This document shows positions 40,471 through 50,764 of a stretch of 64,000 bases of DNA, in pieces. A program made the translations under genes and the position numbers. The stretch is from Prochlorococcus sp. AG-409-O23 (lineage in GTDB: Bacteria; Cyanobacteriota; Cyanobacteriia; PCC-6307; Cyanobiaceae), in contig QCKL01000001.1 in the NCBI GenBank assembly GCA_003215355.1, positions 51,001 through 115,000 on the forward strand, written 5' to 3'. Each line of letters begins with the position of its first letter. The stretch's first letter is position 1. A model generated the notes under the pieces. The model saw only the letters and a list, made by a program, of their open reading frames with translations, was not told where the DNA came from and ran no database searches.

Positions 40471-40620
40471 CTAGCAGTTTTACTTATTGATATTGAGTCT
40501 AAATCAACAGGACATGGCCGCCAAAACTACTAGTGAGATGCCCACGGAAAGCAGAAGTCTTCCTCAGCAAGCTCTGTCCACACTCAGCCCGGAAGTTCAA
40601 ATTCCGAACGATCGACTGCT

Positions 40621-40654
40621 CTGACTGACTCCTCATGCCGCTAATGAAAAGCGA
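40621..40654 (+). repeat. copy A of the EVE-gene 5'-end derived repeat (core GCTAATGAAAAGCG at 40640-40653)
   Basis: CTGACTGACTCCTCATGCCGCTAATGAAAAGCGA aligns with ATGACTGACATATCCTATTGGCTAATGAAAAGCGA at 53117-53151. Confidence 0.65.
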
Positions 40655-40855
40655 ACCTGTTTTCCAGCTTGTTTCTTATAGCTAGAGTTTCAGGGGATTC
40701 TCGTGAACACTAGTCTTACTTTTTCAGCTGTGATCTATCAAATCTATAGGTTTCTTGCTCCCAATAGCTCTTGATCACTAGTAATAGCTAGCTTAGTTTC
40801 AAGGAGGGGATAACCCCCAATCAATAAAATTGAAGTAGTTAAGGAGCCATTTCTT

Positions 40856-41284
40856 ATGTTGACGGAAACTATTAGCATTCAAACCAGTTCCTCATTCTCG
40901 TGCCATTCCATCACTGAACGAATTCAGAGCTTTATAGATACATCTCAACAATTAGAAGGTGTTATTTGTGCTTCTGGTAAACACACAACGACAGCATTAA
41001 TCATCAATGAGATGGAAGAGAGATTGATCTTGGACTTAGAGAAGTGGTTGAAAGAATTAGCTCCTCCTCTTCAGGGCTATAAACATGATGACTTGCATCT
41101 TAGAGAAAACATTCCAGAGGATGAACCGAAGAATGCTCACTCCCATATGCAAGCACTTCTTCTGGGTAATTCCGTAAGTATTCCCTTTAAAAATAGCAAG
41201 CTTCAGCTAGGTCAATATCAAGATGTAATTCTTGTTGAACTAGATGGACCAAAAGAAAGAAGCGTTGTAATTAGTATTCAGTGA
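40856..41284 (+). CDS. yjbQ: YjbQ/UPF0047 family protein (secondary thiamine-phosphate synthase-like)
   Basis: HTTTALIINE...NAHSHMQALLLGNSVSIPFKNSKLQLGQYQDVILVELDGPKER, the family signature. Confidence 0.8.
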   Translation: MLTETISIQTSSSFSCHSITERIQSFIDTSQQLEGVICASGKHTTTALIINEMEERLILDLEKWLKELAPPLQGYKHDDLHLRENIPEDEPKNAHSHMQALLLGNSVSIPFKNSKLQLGQYQDVILVELDGPKERSVVISIQ

Positions 41285-41344
41285 TATTCATCATATTTAA
41301 AAAACTAGATTGTATGGATTGAGGTCAAGAAAGGTTTTGTCCTG

Positions 41345-43063
41345 TCACGACGAACAGCTGTAGTGGGATACTCCCCCGACGTTGAAAAAATTCTTGGGCT
41401 TTAAGCGGTCGTACTTCATCTCTACATCCGATGATTGTTCATCGTAGGGATTGCTGAGCACAGCCTGTAGCTCCCTGACAAGGCTGTAATCACCTTGTTC
41501 AGCGTTCTTATAAGCAGGTGCGATCAGCCACTCACGCCAGGTGTACTTGGGGTTGATAAGTTTCATCGCTGCAGATGTCACTCTGATGTCACCGCAGCTA
41601 TTGATGCGATCTCTCCACCGTTGCAGCCAGCCACCCCACCGAGCTTCTAACTGTTCGGAACTAGGCAGGTAGAAGCTCTCTTTCAAGGCCGTGAGTTGGT
41701 CTGGAATGTGAGAAAGCTTTCGAAAAAAAATTGTGTAGTCCACTTTGGAGAGAACCAAAAGCTGCAGCATTTCATTCACCAAAGTTTCGTCATAATTGAT
41801 CAGGCCGAGCTTCTTTGCCCACATAGCCTCGATCTCCTGATTCATAGCTTCGGCAAAGCCATCTCGGGTCTTATCTAACCTTGCCAGTGCCTCCGTATCG
41901 TCAGCAAGCAGAGGTCGAATCGCTGCCCAGAACATCTGATAATTGGCTTCAGCAGCAACCTGTTGATTAAAGAAAGAAAAATGGTCACCGCCTCCGGTCC
42001 AGGGCTGAAATCTGGGATCGAAAAGTTCGCAGAATCCAAAGGGGCCGTAGTCGAGGGTGAAGCCACCCGCTGCGCAATTGTCACTGTTGAAATTGCCCTG
42101 GCAGTAACCAACGCGCATCCAGTTGGCTACCAATGACGTGAGCCGTCCACGAAACAAATAGGCCAGTTCGACCACTTGATCGGTGAAGGGAAGACTCAGA
42201 TCAATCACTGGCTGGTAGTTCCGCTCGATCAGATGCTTCACGATCATCTGCAGCTCATTGAGCGCACCCTGATTTCCAGTACTGCGTGCGCGACGGGCAA
42301 ATAGCTCAAGCTGGCCGACACGCAGAAAGGACGGAGCGACACGTGTTGTGATTGCCGCAGGGTTGTCCACAAAAATGTCTGGATCGATGGACCTGGAATC
42401 CTTGGAGTACCAAGGTCTGCGCACTGATTCAGATCTGGAAACATACAGCGTCAAAGAGCGTGAGGTCGGAACTCCTAAAGCGTGCATATAGTCCTGCGCA
42501 AGAAACTCACGCACGCTGGAACGAAGCACGGCACGTCCATCAGCGCCACGGCAGTAAGGCGTAGGACCTCCGCCTTTCAGTTGCATCTCCCAGCGTCTGC
42601 CGTTGAAGAGCCCTTCGAAGACAGAAATTGCCCGGCCATCGCCATAACCGTTGCCGGTTCCAAACGGGCACTGCTGTATATATTCAGTTCCATAGATAGA
42701 CAGGGCATAACCGGTAGCCCAACCAACCTGACGCATTGGCTCCCGCGCAACGGAGATGTCGCCTGAAAACAGACGACGAAATTGTTCGTCGAAGGCAAGC
42801 TCATGGCTTAGGCCCAGTTCGTTAAATAACGTTTTGCTATGCGCGATGTATTCCGGCGCTGGAATGGCAGTGGGGGTAACCGGTACGTAATGGCCCGAGA
42901 ACACTTGGCGAGGGTGGTGATCACGGCCATCAACAGTCGCCTGAGGATCAGCTTGAAGTGAATCCATTAGCGAATAATCAGCCCGTTGTGAAAACTCAGC
43001 GAAAGTTTTTGTTGTCGGCGATTCGAACGCGCTTGAGATGGCTGGCATTGGGCCGATAGTCAC
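41345..43063 (-). CDS. selO: protein adenylyltransferase SelO (YdiU/UPF0061 family)
   Basis: 572 aa with a pseudokinase-fold signature: [45 protein letters not shown]. Ends in SCSS with Cys at the antepenultimate position. Markedly higher GC than its flanks. Confidence 0.9.
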   Translation of the reverse strand: MTIGPMPAISSAFESPTTKTFAEFSQRADYSLMDSLQADPQATVDGRDHHPRQVFSGHYVPVTPTAIPAPEYIAHSKTLFNELGLSHELAFDEQFRRLFSGDISVAREPMRQVGWATGYALSIYGTEYIQQCPFGTGNGYGDGRAISVFEGLFNGRRWEMQLKGGGPTPYCRGADGRAVLRSSVREFLAQDYMHALGVPTSRSLTLYVSRSESVRRPWYSKDSRSIDPDIFVDNPAAITTRVAPSFLRVGQLELFARRARSTGNQGALNELQMIVKHLIERNYQPVIDLSLPFTDQVVELAYLFRGRLTSLVANWMRVGYCQGNFNSDNCAAGGFTLDYGPFGFCELFDPRFQPWTGGGDHFSFFNQQVAAEANYQMFWAAIRPLLADDTEALARLDKTRDGFAEAMNQEIEAMWAKKLGLINYDETLVNEMLQLLVLSKVDYTIFFRKLSHIPDQLTALKESFYLPSSEQLEARWGGWLQRWRDRINSCGDIRVTSAAMKLINPKYTWREWLIAPAYKNAEQGDYSLVRELQAVLSNPYDEQSSDVEMKYDRLKPKNFFNVGGVSHYSCSS

Positions 43064-43453
43064 TTTTCTCTAAGGTTTTGAACTGCCTGGGCACAACCTT
43101 GTTGGTGAGGTCATCATCGGCGTCTTAACTATTATCGACTAATAGAGAAATAGCCCTCAATGGAAGTAGTAAAAATGATTTAATCATGAAGGCAATGGCC
43201 CTTTTACTGGAAGCTCTCTATAGCAGTTAGGACATGTAACGCTGTCCTGATCAAACTCCAAACTCAATGGCATCATAGATATGGTTAGATTTTCCGAGAG
43301 CTAATGAGCTCCGCTAAGTGCAAACAATTAATTACAGAAAGACATTGCCATGAAGTGAGACATAAACTGCTCAACAATAAGAAGCAAGTTGGACCCTAAT
43401 ATGTGAAAAGCCCTAGCTTTTAATGGATTTATCTCTTCTTCAATGATTTCTCT

Positions 43454-43891
43454 TTGCTTTCAAGACTAATTATGCGCCGCTTACTACTTGCCTTTCTTAT
43501 CGCAACAACATTTTTTCTTGCTCCTGTAGCAACATTTGCATCCGCTACAGATTTATCACCTGCAGTGTCAGATTTAAGCAAGAAGTTTTCAGAGAAATTC
43601 TGCACTTCACTTAAAAAGGGAATGACTCCTGAGAAGGCTGGGCAAAGCGCTGCAGTTCAACTTTCTCAAGGCTTACTCTTCTCACCTGTTATGAATGAAA
43701 TAATGTCTGCTCCAAAAGAAGATTTAGCCACTTCACTATCTAATAATATTTTTGATAGCTGCGGAAACGACCTAGGAGGGACAAAAGAAGAACTTGATGA
43801 TCGTCTTGCTAGCTTAGCAAATAAAGTTCCAAGTGAATCTAAGGGTTTGAATTTACCTCCAGTTCGACAAAAAGAACCTTTAAGGTATTAA
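43454..43891 (+). CDS. hypothetical secreted protein
   Basis: Signal peptide (LLLAFLIATTFFLAPVATFASA). 145 aa. Confidence 0.5.
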   Translation: MLSRLIMRRLLLAFLIATTFFLAPVATFASATDLSPAVSDLSKKFSEKFCTSLKKGMTPEKAGQSAAVQLSQGLLFSPVMNEIMSAPKEDLATSLSNNIFDSCGNDLGGTKEELDDRLASLANKVPSESKGLNLPPVRQKEPLRY

Positions 43892-44343
43892 TTATGATTT
43901 ACTTACCTGTTACATCGGTAAAGACAAAATAATTGAAATAGCCAAACCCCATACAGTAAGCATTAAACTAAGTTCCTACATACTTCGATTAATAGGTATA
44001 TTCCATAATTTTGCAAAAGATCATTGAATAAATAATTCTGACAAATATCAGCAGCCAACAAATTGCAATCTTCTGGATTTAATTACACTAAGTGAAATCA
44101 GCATTCCAAGGCAACACCTAATTGATTTGAGGACGAGAAAAAGCACACAATAGATCCATATCTTAGTAAAAATAAAGGGAGCTTTAATCTGCTACTTACC
44201 TAATGAGCAAACAATTACTAGTTATCAATCAGCAACTATAAGGTATGCATGAATTACAAAAAAGCGTTGTCAAAATAAATATCTTCATTATTAAGTCAAA
44301 CTAGCAAAGCCTTATGAGGCAGAGCTCATTTCTTTTGTGTTCA

Positions 44344-44772
44344 ATGGATTTAACTGTCAATTCTCATTTGGTTATTCCATCCAATGAGCTGAAATGGCGC
44401 TTTTCTAAATCTTCAGGCCCTGGTGGACAAGGTGTAAATAAAACTGATAGCAAAGTTGAACTTATCTTCGATATAGGCCATTCCTCTGTAATTGGACATT
44501 TTCACAAGAAAAGATTGCTTGAACGACTAGAGAATCGATGTCTTAATGGTTGCATTAATATCGTTGTATCGGAGGAGCGCTCCCAATATCAGAACCGACA
44601 ATTAGCATTGGCTCGTTTGGCAGACATTTTGCGAGAGGGCTTAAAAGCACCTCCAAAGACCAGGAAAGCAACTAAGCCAACTCGTGCATCCCAAAAACGT
44701 CGATTTGACGCCAAGAAGCGCCGAAGTGCGCTAAAGCAAAAACGTCAAAGCAAACCTTCAACAGATGACTGA
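44344..44772 (+). CDS. arfB: alternative ribosome-rescue factor ArfB (peptidyl-tRNA hydrolase, RF-1 domain)
   Basis: GGQ motif (SSGPGGQGVNKTDSKVEL) and a basic C-terminal tail. I chose the ATG at 44344 (MDLTVNSHLVIPSNEL) because its distance to the GGQ motif matches ArfB. The track ORF starts at 44314. Confidence 0.8.
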   Translation: MDLTVNSHLVIPSNELKWRFSKSSGPGGQGVNKTDSKVELIFDIGHSSVIGHFHKKRLLERLENRCLNGCINIVVSEERSQYQNRQLALARLADILREGLKAPPKTRKATKPTRASQKRRFDAKKRRSALKQKRQSKPSTDD

Positions 44773-45084
44773 ATTTAGATCTGCTCCTTCAACATTTTGG
44801 CGGCAATAGGAACAAGACCAATGCAACCAAAAGCTCCTAACAAAAAGAAACCGTCAATTGCTTGGATACTTATTGCGATAGCTTTTGTCGGTGGAATGGT
44901 CTTACATTACCAGCACTATCCATCACCAGAGACAAGAAGAGAGATGTCCGTAGAAGGAATGTTTGCTGATTAAATAATAGAAAGTAAATAAAATATAAAT
45001 CCTTGCCTTGGTTGACAAGCAAAACAAGTCAAGGCATTACTTTTGATATCAATTAAAAAAGAATTATGAGCACAGATATCATTG

Positions 45085-45279
45085 CTATCCAATCCCTGGT
45101 ACGTGAAAAGGAAGCTTGTCGCCTACTGACACCAAGAAGCTTTGAACAGCAGGTACACGTAATAGGGCTAAAGGAAGAACAATGTTCAATACAATCCATG
45201 CTCCTCCAACGATTGGTGCCCATTTGCCAAACTTTTTGAGAAAGCCTTTTTGGTCTTTTCCCTCTGCCATTGTTTTCAA
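45085..45279 (-). CDS. small membrane protein (64 aa)
   Basis: One TM helix (WAPIVGGAWIVLNIVLPLALL). Confidence 0.4.
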   Translation of the reverse strand: MKTMAEGKDQKGFLKKFGKWAPIVGGAWIVLNIVLPLALLRVPAVQSFLVSVGDKLPFHVPGIG

Positions 45280-45553
45280 AAGAGTTAAAGCCTTGATTCT
45301 TTCTAGCTATCTATGGTGCTTATAACACTAAAGTAGGATTATTTTCACAAGGCTTGGCATAACACTTGTTGAGATAGCTAGCAAGAACAAGATTCCTCAG
45401 CAGCCAAGCCTATTGAGAACAAGCATATCTTTTATCTAATGCGATCTGTTTTGAATTAGAAGTACCTAGCGATTAGGTTAGAAGGTAATTTGGGTGCCAA
45501 GTTCTTTCGCCATCCACCCATTGGAATACTGCTGAAATCCAATGGGGCAAAAG

Positions 45554-45680
45554 GAAATTAACTATTGGCTAATAAAAGCGGCATTTAAGTGACTGAAAGG
45601 TATTACAAGGAGTTTGAAAAAATCCATACGCTCCAAATACACACCTCCCTTCTTTAATAAGTACTGGCTAATGAACAGTT
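45554..45680 (+). repeat. copy B of the EVE-gene 5'-end derived repeat plus shared tail (core GCTAATAAAAGCG at 45568-45580)
   Basis: GAAATTAACTATTGGCTAATAAAAGCGGC...TATTACAAGGAGTTTGAAAAA...CTTCTTTAATAAGTACTG aligns with copies C and D. Confidence 0.7.
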
Positions 45681-45785
45681 AAAAACTCTTGAATGAGTGA
45701 ATTCTGAGTGATAGGGCTAAATCCATTCAAACTTGATAATTTTACCAAGAATCTTCATCAATGATGATTACTAATTTCTGATAAA

Positions 45786-46697
45786 TTAAATCCTGATCTT
45801 TTTCTTGCTACTAGAAGTACAACTTAATTTCAATCTTTTGATTCTTCCATCATCCCAAAGCCAGTAAACAGGGTCAGCTGCTTTTGCTTTACGCAAATCA
45901 ACCCTATCTCGCAAACTGACAGGAATAAATTCTTTATCTGGCTCGAAATCCTTATCTCTTACTGCTTGATTCAGTACCATACTGCCCTCTTTACCTGAAA
46001 CAGATTGGTGATAGGTACCAGTTGGAATCTGTAAAGCACCCATTCTTTGATTGAGGTAAATCACGTGATGGGGCTCATCCCAATCAGGGTTGAGCAAGGT
46101 AAAAGTACGTCTTCCATCTAAGACTAAGTTGTGATCAATCTGATGGTAGTGAACATAATATTGCTCAAAATCATCGTCATTAGGAGGAGAGGTTGCAGCT
46201 CCATGGTGAATTACCACATCAGATCCATTAGAGCCGTTGACTCCTGCATCAAAGAACGTGACTTGAGGAGTTTCCCTAAAGACATGAGTTGGGACAAAAT
46301 TGAGCGTTGTGTTTTTTTTCTTTTGTGCTTGATTCCACTTGACTTTGATGTGTATTGAGTCATTTAAACTTCTCAAAACTGGACAGTCCCTGGTGGCTTT
46401 CTGTAAGACCTTTAATTGATCTTCTTTTAAATCAACTGGCATCTCAATTTGAAGTGATAAAGATTCAATTTTTCGAGCCCCCTGAGTTGTCATCTTCTTA
46501 TCAATTGCAATTGTTATTTCCTCTAACTTCCACCCTTCTTCTTTTGCGGTGATTCCCATCACTGTAAGAAAACAAGTCCCTACAGCTGTAGCCAATAAAT
46601 CAGTAGGAGCAAAACTCTCTCCTTTGCCTGCATGGTCAATAGGAGCATCTGTTCTAAGCTTTTGTCCAGAACGCTCATGCAGAGCTTCTGTATGCAA
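45786..46697 (-). CDS. OsmC/Ohr family domain fused to a cupin-like C-terminal domain
   Basis: N-terminal 120 aa: GKGESFAPTDLLATAVGTCFLTVMG...ATRDCPVLRSL (OsmC). C-terminal 170 aa: YYVHYHQIDHNLVLDGRRTFTLLNP...LQIPTGTYHQS, a cupin/RmlC-like pattern. TTG start. Confidence 0.65.
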   Translation of the reverse strand: MHTEALHERSGQKLRTDAPIDHAGKGESFAPTDLLATAVGTCFLTVMGITAKEEGWKLEEITIAIDKKMTTQGARKIESLSLQIEMPVDLKEDQLKVLQKATRDCPVLRSLNDSIHIKVKWNQAQKKKNTTLNFVPTHVFRETPQVTFFDAGVNGSNGSDVVIHHGAATSPPNDDDFEQYYVHYHQIDHNLVLDGRRTFTLLNPDWDEPHHVIYLNQRMGALQIPTGTYHQSVSGKEGSMVLNQAVRDKDFEPDKEFIPVSLRDRVDLRKAKAADPVYWLWDDGRIKRLKLSCTSSSKKKIRI

Positions 46698-47098
46698 ATC
46701 TCCTAGATATCGACAAACAATCCTGTCTACACTTCGTAGAGCTTACAAGAGGATTTTGTGGGATGAACTTTGCATATCTCTTCCCAAAAGTCACCACGTT
46801 TTTCATTCGGCAACTTGTAAGAGAAATCATGAATATGACCAATATCTCTAAGTGGGTTAGCAACAACAGTAAAAGGAGTTCTTAGTTTCATAACTCTCCT
46901 ATTCGGTTACTTCCTTTCTAACACATCTGTAAGAATTACATATAGGGCTTTTACTCAAGTATTTGTGCTTTACGGTTCTTTCTAACTAAAGTGTTGTTAG
47001 CCGAATTGGGTGATACTTACCGAATCAATTTATTCGGTTCCCAGTATTAGTAATTATAAAGATCTAGAGCAAAGTAAGGGGGTCTCGCAAGGGTAATC

Positions 47099-47356
47099 AT
47101 GTACACCTCTCTATTCGATACTTTCTTTACCGACTCTTTCTTCTCACCTGCTAGGACTGTTTATGTTGTCTCTGATAGCCAACTAGAGGAGATCAAGCGT
47201 AAGCAACGTCAACAGGAACTCGACAATCTTGAGGCGTCCCGTAAGAGGCTCGAAGAGACCTACCAATCTCGCATCAAAATTATTGATGAGCGCGAGCATG
47301 AGCTTCAAGAAGAGCTAAAAGCTCTAGCGCCAGAAAAAAACACACGCCCAGACTGA
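47099..47356 (+). CDS. hypothetical coiled-coil protein
   Basis: 85 aa, rich in Glu, Lys, Arg and Gln. Confidence 0.4.
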   Translation: MYTSLFDTFFTDSFFSPARTVYVVSDSQLEEIKRKQRQQELDNLEASRKRLEETYQSRIKIIDEREHELQEELKALAPEKNTRPD

Positions 47357-47919
47357 TATGTAATCACGTACTCCTTTTGAAAGGACAAGCCAACTCAATG
47401 GGAGAAACAGAAGTGTGTTTGAGAGCAAATGACTAAATCCGCTGTGACTGAAAGGAGCTGTAAGAAGTCCCCACCATGGATACCCCCCCTCCCATTAGGA
47501 GGTTCCAATTTCCACCAAAGAAGACCTGGTCAATTAGCTCCTGAGACCAAGCGATCGCAATTAAAACTAAAGGAACTAACAGTCGAACTGATCCATTCAC
47601 ACCAAAGACAAACCACTCTTCTTTAATGACTCTGACATGCTGCTAAAGCCGCAGATATCAAGCCAATCCAACCGCAACACAGACCTATGCCACCTTTCCA
47701 AATCAAGGCTTGATTCCACAGAAGGGATTACCTATCCAATCTATATCATCTAGGCATTAAGGCGTATTCACAAAAAATACAAGTCGCTTTAAGGTTTTCT
47801 TTATCTTTGTTTCTTACTTTTATTTGGTCTCACCTAGAACCTCCACCCTGTTGAAGTGGGCACTAGTGGATGCCTGTGCATGAGTGCTATCAATTACGTC
47901 GATACAAGCTTCCTAAAGC

Positions 47920-48118
47920 CAGGACATACACTTCAGCAAGAGGCGTAACGGGCATTGGCATCTATGCCAAAGGAACATTGGAAGCTGTGTATACAGGTGG
48001 AGATCTTTCCATCAGTCAAATTCAATCGATGACTACCGGTGATGCATCAGCTACCGCGATGGCCAACAAACTATGGAGTTATCGAGGATCTAATACTGTT
48101 CCGGCTTTATTGGATTAA
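47920..48118 (+). pseudogene. orphan 3'-terminal fragment homologous to the C-terminus of the downstream RTX/Calx-beta gene
   Basis: ARGVTGIGIYAKGTLEAVYTGGDLSISQIQSMTTGDASATAMANKLWSYRGSNTVPALLD versus AHGVSGIGIYAKGTLEALYTGNERSITEIQGMTTGDASASAMNNTKWSYWGNDTVPSLLA: 42 of 60 identical by hand. The upstream part of the 47870 ORF is unrelated. Confidence 0.7.
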
Positions 48119-48259
48119 AGGCTAATCCCTAATTAACAAGGCAGGTTGCTGCCTTTCAACAACATTTCAAGGGTTCAATGACAGTTAAGAAGCTTAAAGC
48201 CAAAACTTGTCATAGGCGAACTAGAAGATCTAGCTTGAAGAAATGGAAGTGATCTGAAA

Positions 48260-50572
48260 GTGTCCATTTCATTTACTAATGACAGGGACCTACTGCGGTT
48301 CGAATGGTCAGGGAGTCTTTCTGACCAAGCGATCATATATAACACCGCTAATAATCAAATTGCAGATACGATTACTCCACACAATGTTTGGATAGATAGA
48401 CCACCAGTAGCAATTGGAAATGCTTGGAGAGAAATCTATCCAGGAACCTCATACGGTCCATCTAATGGTTTTGAGATACTTTACGACAACACCCCTGGAG
48501 ATGATTTTGGTTATTGGGGACGAACTATTTACAATAGGAATGAACCTGAATGGCCAGCACACTCTGAAGTATCTGGTATTTCTAAAAATAATAATTATAA
48601 AGGAGACGAAGAGTATTTTCGTTATGACATGAATGGAGATGGGAAAATTGAGGATCTTTCATATCTCTCAGTATCTGACATCAGCATAACCGAAGGAGAG
48701 TCTGCTTACTTAACAATTACACGAGATGGTGTTAGCTCTCCAGGGGGTGACTACCTCTCATTCTATATACATACGGAAGTAGCTGTAGGCAATGGAACAG
48801 CAACTGAAGGGGATGACTTTAATTTAAGCTATTCCTGGATGTCTGGTCACGTTACATTTGCCTTAGGAGAGTCTAGTACAACTATCCTAATAACTGCAAT
48901 TGATGATTCGATTAGCGAATCCGATGAGACAGTCACAATAACATTTAGGCCGTGGGCAAATACTGGATTAGGCTATGATCGCCTTTCAAAGTATGCCGTC
49001 AGTTCAACTCTCACAATAATAGATAATGATAGTCCTACTTATTCACTAGGAACAAATTCTAGCGTGAATGAAGGAGAGTCTTTTAATACAAGAGTTACTA
49101 CTACCAATGTCTCTCAAGGAACTACTCTTTACTTACAATGGAGTGGTTCAACTCTTACACAATCAGACCTTTCATCGGGCAATCTACAAACATCTGGAGT
49201 GGTTGGCTCAGACGGTAAAATTACTTTTGAACACACAATAGCCAATGATTTAAATACAGAAGGAAATGAAAAAGTTGAGATAAAGCTTTTTAGTGATTCG
49301 GCTTATACGCAGCAGGTTGGCAATACAGCTACGGTTTGGATTGTTGATACCTCTTTAGGGGTACCAGGCTATTACTCAATAGCAGATGTTCAGGCTTATG
49401 AAGGAGATAATTTGTCTGCAATAGTTACACGAACAGGCAGTACATCTGTAAAAGATCTAACTGTTTCTACTGCGAATGGAACAGCCTTTGCTGGATACGA
49501 TTACACCACTCCAGCATCCACACTTTCATTTGCAGAAGGGAGCACTTCTGCGGTTCTTTCCATTGCCACATTAGAAGACGGAATTGTCGAATCTGATGAA
49601 ACATTCACAATCAATCTCTCTTCTAGTGATAGTTCAATCAACTTTACAGATTCCTCTGCAACAGCAACAATTTTGAATGACGATAGCGCCATTACAACAA
49701 CGAATGTTGTCTATAACACCACCACAATTAGTAATACCACCAATGTCACCAATTCAACGACAATTAATAACGTGACCTGGAATGTTTATAAATTTGGTGA
49801 GTCCGCCAAAGCCGAATATGTTGTCAACGAATGGTTTGGTAGCTCTACATCGTCTATTAAGCAACAAACAGATGTCCTTGAATCCAAGCTTCTTGAAATT
49901 GAGACCAGCACGTGGGGAGAGGACATCTCAATTAATCGTGTAGCTCAAGCCTCTGATTCAGGAGACTACTTGCAAGCTAAACAGTCAGAAGCGGCTACCA
50001 ATCGTGCTGCCGATGCCAAAGTCGGCTCAGTCATTGATGGAGGGAAAGGCGTCGACACCCTCCGGGGATTAGGAGGTTGGGATGTTCTAGATGGTGGTGA
50101 TGGAGATGATTTGATTCATGGCGGTAATGGTCGCGATGTAATCAGCGGTGGTGCTGGTGCCGATGAGCTCCATGGTGATTTTGGTTGGAACACCTACAAA
50201 TCAGTCAAAGACAGCTCTACAGACTTAATTGCTATTAAGTCCGACCAATGGCTCTCCAATTGGTGGTATGGCAAAGCCTATAACAGTCCTAATGGCGAAA
50301 AATGCGACATCATCGAAGGTCTAGACAAGCGAGATCAAATCAAAATCATTGGTGTTTCTACCAATGAACTCACCTTTACCAACGCTTCTGCCCATGGCGT
50401 TAGCGGCATTGGCATTTATGCCAAAGGAACCTTAGAAGCTCTCTATACCGGCAACGAGCGCTCCATTACTGAAATACAAGGCATGACCACCGGTGATGCC
50501 TCAGCTTCTGCGATGAATAACACCAAATGGAGCTACTGGGGAAATGACACCGTTCCTTCTCTGTTGGCTTAG
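48260..50572 (+). CDS. large secreted Calx-beta repeat / RTX calcium-binding repeat protein
   Basis: Calx-beta-like modules (ISITEGESAYLTITRDG...GTATEGDDF...ITAIDDSISESDETVTITF; VQAYEGDNLSAIVTRTG...GTAFAGYDY...LEDGIVESDETFTINL), an Asn/Thr-rich linker, and GGxGxD nonapeptides (GGKGVDTLRGLGGWDVLDGGDGDDLIHGGNGRDVISGGAGADELHG). GTG start and no N-terminal signal, consistent with type I secretion. Confidence 0.85.
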   Translation: MSISFTNDRDLLRFEWSGSLSDQAIIYNTANNQIADTITPHNVWIDRPPVAIGNAWREIYPGTSYGPSNGFEILYDNTPGDDFGYWGRTIYNRNEPEWPAHSEVSGISKNNNYKGDEEYFRYDMNGDGKIEDLSYLSVSDISITEGESAYLTITRDGVSSPGGDYLSFYIHTEVAVGNGTATEGDDFNLSYSWMSGHVTFALGESSTTILITAIDDSISESDETVTITFRPWANTGLGYDRLSKYAVSSTLTIIDNDSPTYSLGTNSSVNEGESFNTRVTTTNVSQGTTLYLQWSGSTLTQSDLSSGNLQTSGVVGSDGKITFEHTIANDLNTEGNEKVEIKLFSDSAYTQQVGNTATVWIVDTSLGVPGYYSIADVQAYEGDNLSAIVTRTGSTSVKDLTVSTANGTAFAGYDYTTPASTLSFAEGSTSAVLSIATLEDGIVESDETFTINLSSSDSSINFTDSSATATILNDDSAITTTNVVYNTTTISNTTNVTNSTTINNVTWNVYKFGESAKAEYVVNEWFGSSTSSIKQQTDVLESKLLEIETSTWGEDISINRVAQASDSGDYLQAKQSEAATNRAADAKVGSVIDGGKGVDTLRGLGGWDVLDGGDGDDLIHGGNGRDVISGGAGADELHGDFGWNTYKSVKDSSTDLIAIKSDQWLSNWWYGKAYNSPNGEKCDIIEGLDKRDQIKIIGVSTNELTFTNASAHGVSGIGIYAKGTLEALYTGNERSITEIQGMTTGDASASAMNNTKWSYWGNDTVPSLLA

Positions 50573-50764
50573 AAGTTTGAACGAAAGCGAACCCCTATCA
50601 ACTAAAAAGGAAGTATGAGCACAGAGATCATTTGCTTTTTCTTGCTTGGAATCGCAGCATTGCTTCTAAATGCTGGACTCTCTTCTCAAGTTCTTCCACT
50701 CTTTTGGTTAGTTCTTCCATTGCTCATCAAAATCAGCTTCGAAGCTATTCAAAGACACGCTACT

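Noticed and set aside
40590-40606. tRNA-like T-arm (CGGAA-GTTCAAA-TTCCG) just upstream of repeat copy A, as a possible tRNA-fragment att site
   Set aside because: The loop does not fit the canonical TTCRANY register, and no matching acceptor, D or anticodon arms could be folded from the surrounding sequence.
41696-42804. Several 60-94-aa ORFs nested in or antisense to selO
   Set aside because: High local GC suppresses stop codons in all frames. All of them lie inside a 572-aa gene with strong family motifs.
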